This document shows positions 28,364-35,556 of a stretch of DNA of 39,044 nt, piece by piece. Below the pieces are notes generated by a model. The model was not told the origin of the DNA, did not search any database, and saw nothing but the letters and a program-made list of their open reading frames with translations. Location of the stretch: NCBI GenBank assembly GCA_024689365.1, contig JAILDQ010000190.1, positions 1-39,044 of the forward strand. The letters run 5' to 3'. Both the position numbers and the translations under genes were made by a program. The DNA is from Treponema sp. (GTDB taxonomy: Bacteria > Spirochaetota > Spirochaetia > Treponematales > Treponemataceae). Each line of letters starts with the position of its first letter. The stretch's first letter is position 1.

Positions 28364-29364
28364 TTTTCGCCCCTGGCTTCTTTGTCTTTGCTTCCGTATT
28401 TGGCGTTAAGCTCTTCCGCGGCTCCAGTGATGTCCTTGACTTTCGCGCCCTGGCTCAAAGAGGTTTGTCCTTGCGTTACGACTTTTTCCCCTTCCTTAAT
28501 GCCGCTTATGATTTGAACGATTCCGTCAACTTCCTCGCCCAAAGAAACCTCGCGCCTTTCGACTGTGGAATCTGAAAGAACGACATAGGCGTAATATTTG
28601 TCTTCGTTTGTGACAAGGGAATTTTTGGGCATTGTGACCGCGCCGGAATAGTCTTTTGTGAACAAAATCAATTTTGCGAACATGCCTGCGTTGATTCTTG
28701 AATCGCGGTTGTCAAAAGTCAAAATGATTTGCTTGGTTCTGCTGGTGGCGTCAACAACCGGCGAAACGCGTTTTACCGTTACGCTGAAGCTTTCTTCCGG
28801 ATACGCTTGGACGGAAATTTTTCCCTTCAAGCCGTTCCTTAAAAATGAAACGTAGCGTTCAGGGATGTCAGCTAAAATCTGCAAATTGGAAATGTCTCCG
28901 ATTTTTGTGATTTCTGTGTTTGCCGAAACTGTGCTTCCGTTTTTTATCGGGGTTGAAATTATGCTGCCGGAAATCGGAGCGTATACAGGGCTTTGCCTGT
29001 AGTGTTCGCCAGGCTGGCTTGGGTCAACGTAAGCGATTATGTCTCCTCGCTTTACGCTGGAACCGAGCAAGACTTTTGTTGAAATTATTTTTCCGGAAGC
29101 GTCCGGGTAAACCGAAACGGAATTCTGGGATTCGATTTCTCCGTTGGCCACGATGTAGCCGTGAAGGGTTTTTTGTTCTGCGATTTGGGTGACTACGCTG
29201 AATTCAGTTGAAACGCCGCCGCCGCCTCTAAATGTTTTTCCGGGCATTTGGCCTTTTCCCGGCATTCCGTCTTTCTTTTTTCCGAAAGTGAACGCATAGG
29301 CGATTAAAAGAGCGCTTATCGCTAAAATTACAAACAACACAACGCCGGCTTTTTTAGATTTCAT
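28360..29364 (-). CDS. RND periplasmic adaptor (MFP) subunit
   Basis: N-terminal TM, VYAPISG, SPVVDATSRT, GMFA, GEKVVTQG. Confidence 0.93.
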   Translation of the reverse strand: MKSKKAGVVLFVILAISALLIAYAFTFGKKKDGMPGKGQMPGKTFRGGGGVSTEFSVVTQIAEQKTLHGYIVANGEIESQNSVSVYPDASGKIISTKVLLGSSVKRGDIIAYVDPSQPGEHYRQSPVYAPISGSIISTPIKNGSTVSANTEITKIGDISNLQILADIPERYVSFLRNGLKGKISVQAYPEESFSVTVKRVSPVVDATSRTKQIILTFDNRDSRINAGMFAKLILFTKDYSGAVTMPKNSLVTNEDKYYAYVVLSDSTVERREVSLGEEVDGIVQIISGIKEGEKVVTQGQTSLSQGAKVKDITGAAEELNAKYGSKDKEARGEK

Positions 29365-30677
29365 TTTTTATCTCCTTGAGAATCGCTTTCTTCGCCTGAC
29401 AAAGTTCCAAATGGAAGTCCAAGCGTGTTTTCCAAATTTAGTATTGAGCTTGCCAAATTGTAGGCTTGCTGCTTTAAATTGAGGCGCGCTTTTTCCAGTG
29501 AGCTTCGCGCGTTCAAAAGTTCCGTGAAATTTCTTGTGCCCCTGTTGTAGGCTTCTTGCGTCATCCGATGGCTTTGTTCGGCCAAGGCTACGCTGCTTTC
29601 CAAACTTTTTATTGAAGAAATTAGTTGCTCTATTTTTTTTATCTCGATTTGCGCTTCCACTTGAAGGCTTGTCTTTTTGTCGGCGATTTGCAATTCGTAG
29701 TCAGCGATTGTGTCCTTTGCGCTTGCGATGTTGTTTGCTTTTGTTGACCATGGAAGCAGGCCGTCAAGAGGAATGGAAATCGAAAGGCTAAGGCCGCCTG
29801 TGTCCGTTCCGCTGCTTGTGTTTGACCAAGTGGGCTTGTAAGTCCAGCCTGCGTTCAAGGTTGGCCCGTATGCGGAAAAGCGGCTGGCCAAAAGAGAGTT
29901 TTTCGCAATTTCAAGATTTTTTTCAAGCGCGGACAATTCCAACGAGGACCGCTCGATTCCGTCGATTGAAATTGAGCTAATCTTCGCGATTTTTTCAAGG
30001 TCCTCAATCAATTCGATTTGAGTTTCTTGGTCAAGGCCAAGAGTTTGCTTGAAGAGGGCCAAGTCGTTTTCGTAGTCGATTTGCGCGCTTTGTGATTTTA
30101 GCATTTGGCTTTCGTAATTCACTTGGCTGGACAAAACGTCAAGCTGGCTGATTGCGCCTTGTTCGTACTTTCTGCGGTTTGTTTCGTAAGTTTCCTTTGC
30201 GGTCTCCGTGTCTGACACTTGAAGCTTGATGTTTTCCACATGGTAAAGAAGCTTGTAAAAGGCCGAACGCGCGTTCATCTCGACAGAACGGCGGGCGGTT
30301 TCGTAAGAGATTTCTCCAGCCTGGTATTTTAAGGCGGCGTTCTTTATGTTTGTATAGAGGTTTGTGGAAAGCGAAACGCTTACGCTTCCTTGAACGTACG
30401 CCGAATAATTGCTGGCGAAATTTTTGTTGGACTTTGAAAGGCCTCCGCTTGCAGTTAGAGAAGGGCTTACGCTGTTCCATGAAGTGTCTTTTGCTCTTTT
30501 TGCCGCATCCAACTTTATTTGATTTTGTTTTATAGTAATATTGTTTTTTAGCGCGAGGTCAACCGCCTTTTGAATTGTCAGGCTGATTTTTTCTGCTTGT
30601 CCTTGGCTTTGAGCTCCTATTGTCAGCGGAAAAAATATCGCAAATGTCGCGCAAAAAAGAGCGCGTGTTATTTTCAT
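29361..30677 (-). CDS. TolC-family outer membrane protein
   Basis: Signal peptide from ATG 30677 (AGGAG SD), AVDLALKNN, YEQGAISQLDV, YNRG repeats. Confidence 0.9.
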   Translation of the reverse strand: MKITRALFCATFAIFFPLTIGAQSQGQAEKISLTIQKAVDLALKNNITIKQNQIKLDAAKRAKDTSWNSVSPSLTASGGLSKSNKNFASNYSAYVQGSVSVSLSTNLYTNIKNAALKYQAGEISYETARRSVEMNARSAFYKLLYHVENIKLQVSDTETAKETYETNRRKYEQGAISQLDVLSSQVNYESQMLKSQSAQIDYENDLALFKQTLGLDQETQIELIEDLEKIAKISSISIDGIERSSLELSALEKNLEIAKNSLLASRFSAYGPTLNAGWTYKPTWSNTSSGTDTGGLSLSISIPLDGLLPWSTKANNIASAKDTIADYELQIADKKTSLQVEAQIEIKKIEQLISSIKSLESSVALAEQSHRMTQEAYNRGTRNFTELLNARSSLEKARLNLKQQAYNLASSILNLENTLGLPFGTLSGEESDSQGDKK

Positions 30678-30814
30678 TTTGTTCTCCTGGATTGAGCGGC
30701 CTCGCTTGGACACGCTTTTGTTCTCTACAATTTTTAAACTATTAAGCCACACTTTTGTTGCAGTTTTTTCACAAATTTTACCAAATTTCTACTATAAAAT
30801 CTATAGCGCGGATG

Positions 30815-30830
30815 TGTCAAAATTGTGACA
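30815..30830. promoter_or_regulatory. Palindrome TGTCA-N6-TGACA overlapping the efflux-operon -35
   Basis: Minus-strand TTGACA 30820-15 with TATAGT 18 nt downstream. Confidence 0.45.
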
Positions 30831-30846
30831 AAGTTGGAATAAATAT

Positions 30847-30960
30847 AAAAACGCTCCCGCAAAAAAAAGAGCGGTCGTCAGCGAGCTGCTTTTAGGGCAA
30901 AGACTTGAGAGCAACGCGCGCTATGCTTCCGCCGTTCTTTTTTTTGCTCCGCGTTTTTGC
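30847..30960. repeat. Long-hairpin intergenic element, copy 2
   Basis: AAAAACGCTCCCGC-A8GAGCGG...CCGTTC-T8-GCTCCGCGTTTTTGC; same ends and core as 19085-19197. Confidence 0.75.
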
Positions 30961-31081
30961 ATTTGTTCCCAACCAAGACGGCTTTTTCTGGCCAAGGAAA
31001 AAAAAAGCTCCCGCAAAAAAAAAGACGCTTTTCTCAAATTTCATGGTATAATTGAATATATTATTTTTCCGAGGAGTTACT

Positions 31082-31726
31082 ATGGAAATCAAGGCGGTGA
31101 AATTCAGAAAAGACGGATTCTATACCCAGCCATTCGCTTTTGGCGGTGAGGAAGGCGCGGAAAAGTTTGACAAAAACATCCGCTATCGTGGAAGCCTGCA
31201 GAATTATCTCATTGATACAGGAAGCGAAGTTATTCTTGTAGACACTGGATTTCCTGCTGGAACTCCTGAGGAATCTCCGGATGAAAACAGCATCGCCTTT
31301 ACGGGCCTTGATATTTCTTCCTACATGGATGCCCTTTCTGCCCTTGGTTATAAAAAAGAACAGGTGACAAAAATCCTTCTTACCCACAAGCACGTAGACC
31401 ATTCAGGCGAGTTGAAGTCTTTTCCTAACGCAAAAATATATGTGAATGAAGAGGAAATGTCTGCGGATGAATTAAAGGGGATTTCAAACCTTGTTCCTGT
31501 AAAATTCACAAGCGGAGCGTATTTCAACTTTCCCGAAAGCCAAACGATTTGCGAGGGCGTGCATTTCATCAAGGCAAAAGGCCATACGAACGGAAACAGT
31601 CTTGTCATTGTGGAAAATGACGGACTTTTTTACATGCTCCACGGTGACATAACTTATGTGGATGAGGCGCTCTATGAGAACAAGCTTTCTGTAGTGTATT
31701 ATCACTTTCAAAAAATTTTGATGTAA
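31082..31726 (+). pseudogene. MBL-fold metallo-hydrolase truncated by prophage insertion
   Basis: LVDTG, THKHVDH, GHT, HGD present; last metal-binding His motif absent; frame runs into AT-rich terminus after KLSVV. Confidence 0.75.
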
Positions 31727-31758
31727 AATTATAAGAAAAACTGATGTTTTTTGCGGGG

Positions 31759-32034
31759 CTATTTGGGTTGATTTGGGGTGTTTTGGGTTAAATTTATGGG
31801 GCGATTGGCTAGGTAATTTCGCTCTATGTAGGCTGTTATGGCGGTTTTTGTGAGGGTTATTTGGCCGTCTGCAACCATTCTTTCGATTGTTGGTTCGGAC
31901 ACGTGCAGGAGCTTTGCGGCGGTGGAAACGGTGAGGTCGTCCGGGATTCTTGGAAATAATTCCACGCCTCGATTGGCGGCTAGGTAGTCTCTGGCGGCGA
32001 TTTCGTCAATGTCATTTTCTGTGATTATGTCCAT
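31759..32034 (-). CDS. Excisionase-like HTH (HTH_17) DNA-binding protein
   Basis: LTVSTAAKLLHVSEPTIERMVADGQI; GAGGGG SD before ATG 32034. Confidence 0.75.
   Translation of the reverse strand: MDIITENDIDEIAARDYLAANRGVELFPRIPDDLTVSTAAKLLHVSEPTIERMVADGQITLTKTAITAYIERNYLANRPINLTQNTPNQPK
31761..31790. repeat. Three tandem imperfect 10-bp repeats
   Basis: ATTTGGGTTG ATTTGGGGTG TTTTGGGTTA. Confidence 0.6.
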
Positions 32035-32063
32035 TTTTTTGTTTCCCCTCCGGTTGTTTTTTG

Positions 32064-32279
32064 TCACCAACTATGGTTGCTGTCGAACGGCAATACGCCT
32101 TGCTTTATGACGCCATAATTGGCGATTATAGGTCTGTTTTTGCGTGTTAGAAGTATCGAATCAACTTCTTTTTCAAGGCTCTTGGAAAGCCTTAGCGCTT
32201 CGGCGGTGCGAAGTCTAAAGTATTCCTTTTGGGCTTCACGCATTGCGAAAACTTTGTCCGCAAATTCCCCTGTCGTCAT
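32064..32279 (-). CDS. Phage hypothetical protein
   Basis: MTTGEFADKVFAMREAQKEYF; ATGA-coupled to upstream gene, GGGAG SD. Confidence 0.7.
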   Translation of the reverse strand: MTTGEFADKVFAMREAQKEYFRLRTAEALRLSKSLEKEVDSILLTRKNRPIIANYGVIKQGVLPFDSNHSW

Positions 32280-32602
32280 TGCTTTTTCTCCCATCTATCA
32301 CGCAGATCTTTTAATATGACAAATCCAGCGTCACAAGAGTTGTAAAGGCTTAATTCGTATTCAACATCTTCTTTCATTTTTCGTATTCTCTCTATCAATT
32401 TTCTTGCAAAGCCATTTTCAAAGCTTAATAAAGCCGCCACAAAATCATCTGACGGATTTTCCTTTGTTATCCGCTCATTTTGTGTTTCGCATTGCTTTAT
32501 AATGTCAAACACAACTTTGTTTTTGTCTTTAAAAAACTTTACATTTTCAATCAGTTCATCTTCATTAAAAGAGTTTATAAGTTGGTTTTCTACATTTGTC
32601 AT
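32276..32602 (-). CDS. Phage hypothetical protein
   Basis: ATG 32602 with AAGGAG upstream; AT-rich helical ORF. Confidence 0.65.
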   Translation of the reverse strand: MTNVENQLINSFNEDELIENVKFFKDKNKVVFDIIKQCETQNERITKENPSDDFVAALLSFENGFARKLIERIRKMKEDVEYELSLYNSCDAGFVILKDLRDRWEKKQ

Positions 32603-32879
32603 CCTGCTTTTTCTCCTTGTCCAAGCATTCTTGATAATAATCTGGATTGATGGAAAAACGAAAATTTCCGTCTTCGGAGTAACATTGAATATTCTTGTAC
32701 TTCCATTTTGGATCCAGCTTCTGCATAAACTCATACGCTTTTGTGAATGTCGGAAAATCGGGCGAGTAATAATATTTTGCGCCTAGAAATCCTTCCGAAC
32801 ATTGAACGCAAAAGCCTTTGCCTTTTTTCAGTTCAAGTGATGTTGCGAATTCTAAATCAACAAGCTTGTCATCTATCAT
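32565..32879 (-). CDS. Phage hypothetical protein
   Basis: ORF in operon; ATG 32879 with GAGGA SD (alternative GTG 32903). Confidence 0.65.
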   Translation of the reverse strand: MIDDKLVDLEFATSLELKKGKGFCVQCSEGFLGAKYYYSPDFPTFTKAYEFMQKLDPKWKYKNIQCYSEDGNFRFSINPDYYQECLDKEKKQDDKCRKPTYKLF

Positions 32880-33015
32880 TATTTTGATTTTTCCTCGTTT
32901 CACTTTTAATTTCTATCCTCTTTGATTTGTGTTTTTGCGCGCAGTATGGGCAATAATATCCGAAGTACCATTGTCCGCACTGGCCGCAACAACATGTTCT
33001 AGCAGTGATAGCCAT
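32869..33015 (-). CDS. 48-aa zinc-ribbon-like small protein (not in ORF track)
   Basis: AGGAGG SD; MAITARTCCCGQCGQWYFGYYCPYCAQKHKSKRIEIKSETRKNQNNDR; fills the operon gap. Confidence 0.75.
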   Translation of the reverse strand: MAITARTCCCGQCGQWYFGYYCPYCAQKHKSKRIEIKSETRKNQNNDR

Positions 33016-33026
33016 TCTTACGCCTC

Positions 33027-33206
33027 CTATTTTTCTTGCTTGAGCCGCCGCAAGAGTTTCATGCCGTCGGTGGGGTCGGCTCCTAGAAAGGACATTATGT
33101 CTCCGGCGACGTCCTCGCGGCCGGCTTCGTAGGCCGCGTTCATTTTAAAGCGGGTCGATTCGTCCACGACAAAGCCCATCTCGTCAATCCATTCGTCAAA
33201 GGTCAT
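33027..33206 (-). CDS. Small phage hypothetical protein
   Basis: MTFDEWIDE..AAYEAGR; GAGG SD. Confidence 0.7.
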   Translation of the reverse strand: MTFDEWIDEMGFVVDESTRFKMNAAYEAGREDVAGDIMSFLGADPTDGMKLLRRLKQEK

Positions 33207-33210
33207 AGTC

Positions 33211-33864
33211 TTACCTCGCGCCAATGGCCTTTACGCCGCTGCCGGTCATTTGGCGGCCGAGGCTGATTCCGTTGGCGTCGCTCATTCCGCGAGCGAACGC
33301 GCGCTGGTTTGAATTGCCCCTCTTTTTGCGTCTTACAACAATCGCGACTTCGCCTTTGACAAAGTTTTCGACTTTCTCTTTGGCGTCTTCGAGCTCCTTT
33401 GGGTTTCGCCAGCTGCACTGTTGGCCGAGTTCTTCCATTCTGTCGTAAAGGCGGTTGGCCAATCCTCCGCGGTATGACTCGCGGAATTTTTGCTTGGCGT
33501 TTTTGCGGACGTTGTTCTTTGTCATCCGCAGAACAGCTTTGACAAGATACTTGTACATCTCGGCAGCCATAAACGCGTCTAGCTCTTCGCCGACAAAAAA
33601 GAGTTGGCCTGTGTCGCGGATGACATAATGGTATGTAGCGTAAAGCCGCTCCATGGCGTTGGCCAATATGGACCGCCATTTTATGAGGCGCTTTGTGTCC
33701 TTTACGGTTTGCCTTGTGTATTCAGAGAATTGCCCGATGTCTAGTTTGTGTTCGGCCATCAATTCGTTGGCTTTTTTGAGCGCAAGCGTGGCTTCGTTTT
33801 CGTTCGGTGATTTTGAGAGGGCGAGCAGTTTCTTCACCCTTCGTTTTACGCTTTCAAGTTCCAT
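33211..33864 (-). CDS. DUF2786-domain protein
   Basis: VKKLLALSKSPNENEATLALKKANELMAEHKLD signature. Confidence 0.85.
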   Translation of the reverse strand: MELESVKRRVKKLLALSKSPNENEATLALKKANELMAEHKLDIGQFSEYTRQTVKDTKRLIKWRSILANAMERLYATYHYVIRDTGQLFFVGEELDAFMAAEMYKYLVKAVLRMTKNNVRKNAKQKFRESYRGGLANRLYDRMEELGQQCSWRNPKELEDAKEKVENFVKGEVAIVVRRKKRGNSNQRAFARGMSDANGISLGRQMTGSGVKAIGAR

Positions 33865-33886
33865 GCTTTTATTCGTCCTTACCGCG

Positions 33887-34237
33887 TTATGCGGTCATTT
33901 TTGCTTCCGGGGATTTATGCGGAAGCGATTTTAGGTATGCGTACATGGCTGTTTCCACGTCGTCGGCGGGGTCTATGAGGTATTCGGCCAGGCTCCACCA
34001 CGGTATGCGGATTATCGTGTCGCGGATTACGACGCAGTCGAGCTTGTAGTAGTTCAATAGCGTTTGCATTTCGTCGTAGGTGGCGTGGAGGAATCCGCAA
34101 ACTTCCTTGACCTTGTACATGTAGCGGTGGCCGATTTGGGCGTTGCGAATGACGCGGTCTATCAGGTCGCTTTTCTGTTCTTGGGTCAAGGGCGGTTGCG
34201 CGAGGTCTTCGGTGGAAAACAGCCAGTTCTCTTTCAT
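33887..34237 (-). CDS. Excisionase-like HTH DNA-binding protein
   Basis: YKVKEVCGFLH...IRIPWWSLAEYL fits HTH_17 pattern; ATGA-coupled to gemA. Confidence 0.65.
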   Translation of the reverse strand: MKENWLFSTEDLAQPPLTQEQKSDLIDRVIRNAQIGHRYMYKVKEVCGFLHATYDEMQTLLNYYKLDCVVIRDTIIRIPWWSLAEYLIDPADDVETAMYAYLKSLPHKSPEAKMTA

Positions 34238-34647
34238 TTGGATTCGCGCTCCCGGCGCTCCAAGTTGGTCATAAAGGCCATCACGCTGCGTAGCTCGTTG
34301 TCGGAACATTTGGAGTACGTTTCTTTCTTGAATTTCGAGAGCGCGAAGTGATCCAGGCGCTTTTTCCAATCCGCTCCAAGGAGCTTTCTCGCGCGGGCTT
34401 CGACAGCGTCAATGAGCGTCGGGGCCTTGTTGCGCGAATAGAGCTTCCAAGGGCTTTTTCCTTGCAGGGCGAGGACGGAATTCATCGCCTTTAGGACGGC
34501 GCGCAATTCCTGAACGCCGCACTCTGAGCAGCTTTCCTTTCCCACCGCGCCGTGAAGAACGGCCCTGTAGGCTTGGTCGTCCAAGCCGGCGGAATTCTTG
34601 GCGGCGTGTATCGCGGTAATGAGCCTTGAGCGGATTGACTTGTTCAT
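34234..34647 (-). CDS. gemA: Mu GemA-family (DUF1018) protein
   Basis: LITAIHAAK..GLDDQAYRAVL...GKESCSEC...ELRAVLKAM. Confidence 0.85.
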   Translation of the reverse strand: MNKSIRSRLITAIHAAKNSAGLDDQAYRAVLHGAVGKESCSECGVQELRAVLKAMNSVLALQGKSPWKLYSRNKAPTLIDAVEARARKLLGADWKKRLDHFALSKFKKETYSKCSDNELRSVMAFMTNLERRERESK

Positions 34648-34656
34648 TCTGTCCTC

Positions 34657-35556
34657 CTAAGCGCAGAGCTTTTCCAGCATGTTGTCGGTGATTGTCGAAA
34701 GGCCGCTGGCCTTTGACATTTTGCTTATCGCTATGCTGTCGTTGACGATTGAGCGGAAGCCGCCCATCGCGTGGCGGGCAAGACGTTCCGCCGTCTCCAG
34801 CGAGATGTCGATTCCGGCGGCCTCGTGGTAGTAGGCGGCCACGTCAACGGCCTTTGCCACCTCGAACAAAACAATCGGCTTTCTGATTCTTGAGCGCAGG
34901 CGCGGAACGCGGTCGGTCTTGACCTTTAGGCCTTCCTCGCCGACAAGCATGAACGGAAGCTGGCAGCGCTCGTTGACGGCGCGAAGAATTTCCAAGTAGC
35001 GGATCGGCAGCTTGTCGGCCTCGTCGATAATCACAAGGCGGCGGGCGTACTTGCAGTTCTCTTCCAAGACTTCAAGGCAGTCGCCGAAACTGTGCGGGCG
35101 GGTGTGGGCCACCGCGTCGCAAACGTCGCGCAAGAGCTGCGTCTTTGTCGAGCCGTCAACGTAAAGGACGTAAGCGGCGTTGGGGTTGTTTTGTACGTAC
35201 CATTTGGCGCAATGGGTCTTTCCGCGCTCTGCGGTTCCGATGGCCATTCCGATTGACGAGGACATTGTTCCAGTCGGGTCAATCAAGTCGTCCGCGAGGT
35301 TTTGGAAGCGCGTGACGCTTCTTGTGAGCACCAACACGTCGGTGTCGATTTTTATCTTTTGCGCTATACTGTTCTTGTAGCCAGCGTCTTTAAGGAGCTT
35401 GACATACTCTGTCTCTTTGTCCTTCCAGTTGGGGTATTTCTGGGTGCAGATTTTGACGATTTGAGATTTGTCAACTCCCAAGACGCGGGCCGCGTCCTGC
35501 ATGGAAAGACGGTTGCTTTCCAAACAATTTTTCAACGTTGATTCCATAATTTTCAT
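34657..35556 (-). CDS. MuB-like transposition AAA+ ATPase
   Basis: N-terminal HTH, Walker A GTAERGKT, Walker B LVIIDEAD, LRSRI arginine finger; coupled to transposase. Confidence 0.92.
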   Translation of the reverse strand: MKIMESTLKNCLESNRLSMQDAARVLGVDKSQIVKICTQKYPNWKDKETEYVKLLKDAGYKNSIAQKIKIDTDVLVLTRSVTRFQNLADDLIDPTGTMSSSIGMAIGTAERGKTHCAKWYVQNNPNAAYVLYVDGSTKTQLLRDVCDAVAHTRPHSFGDCLEVLEENCKYARRLVIIDEADKLPIRYLEILRAVNERCQLPFMLVGEEGLKVKTDRVPRLRSRIRKPIVLFEVAKAVDVAAYYHEAAGIDISLETAERLARHAMGGFRSIVNDSIAISKMSKASGLSTITDNMLEKLCA

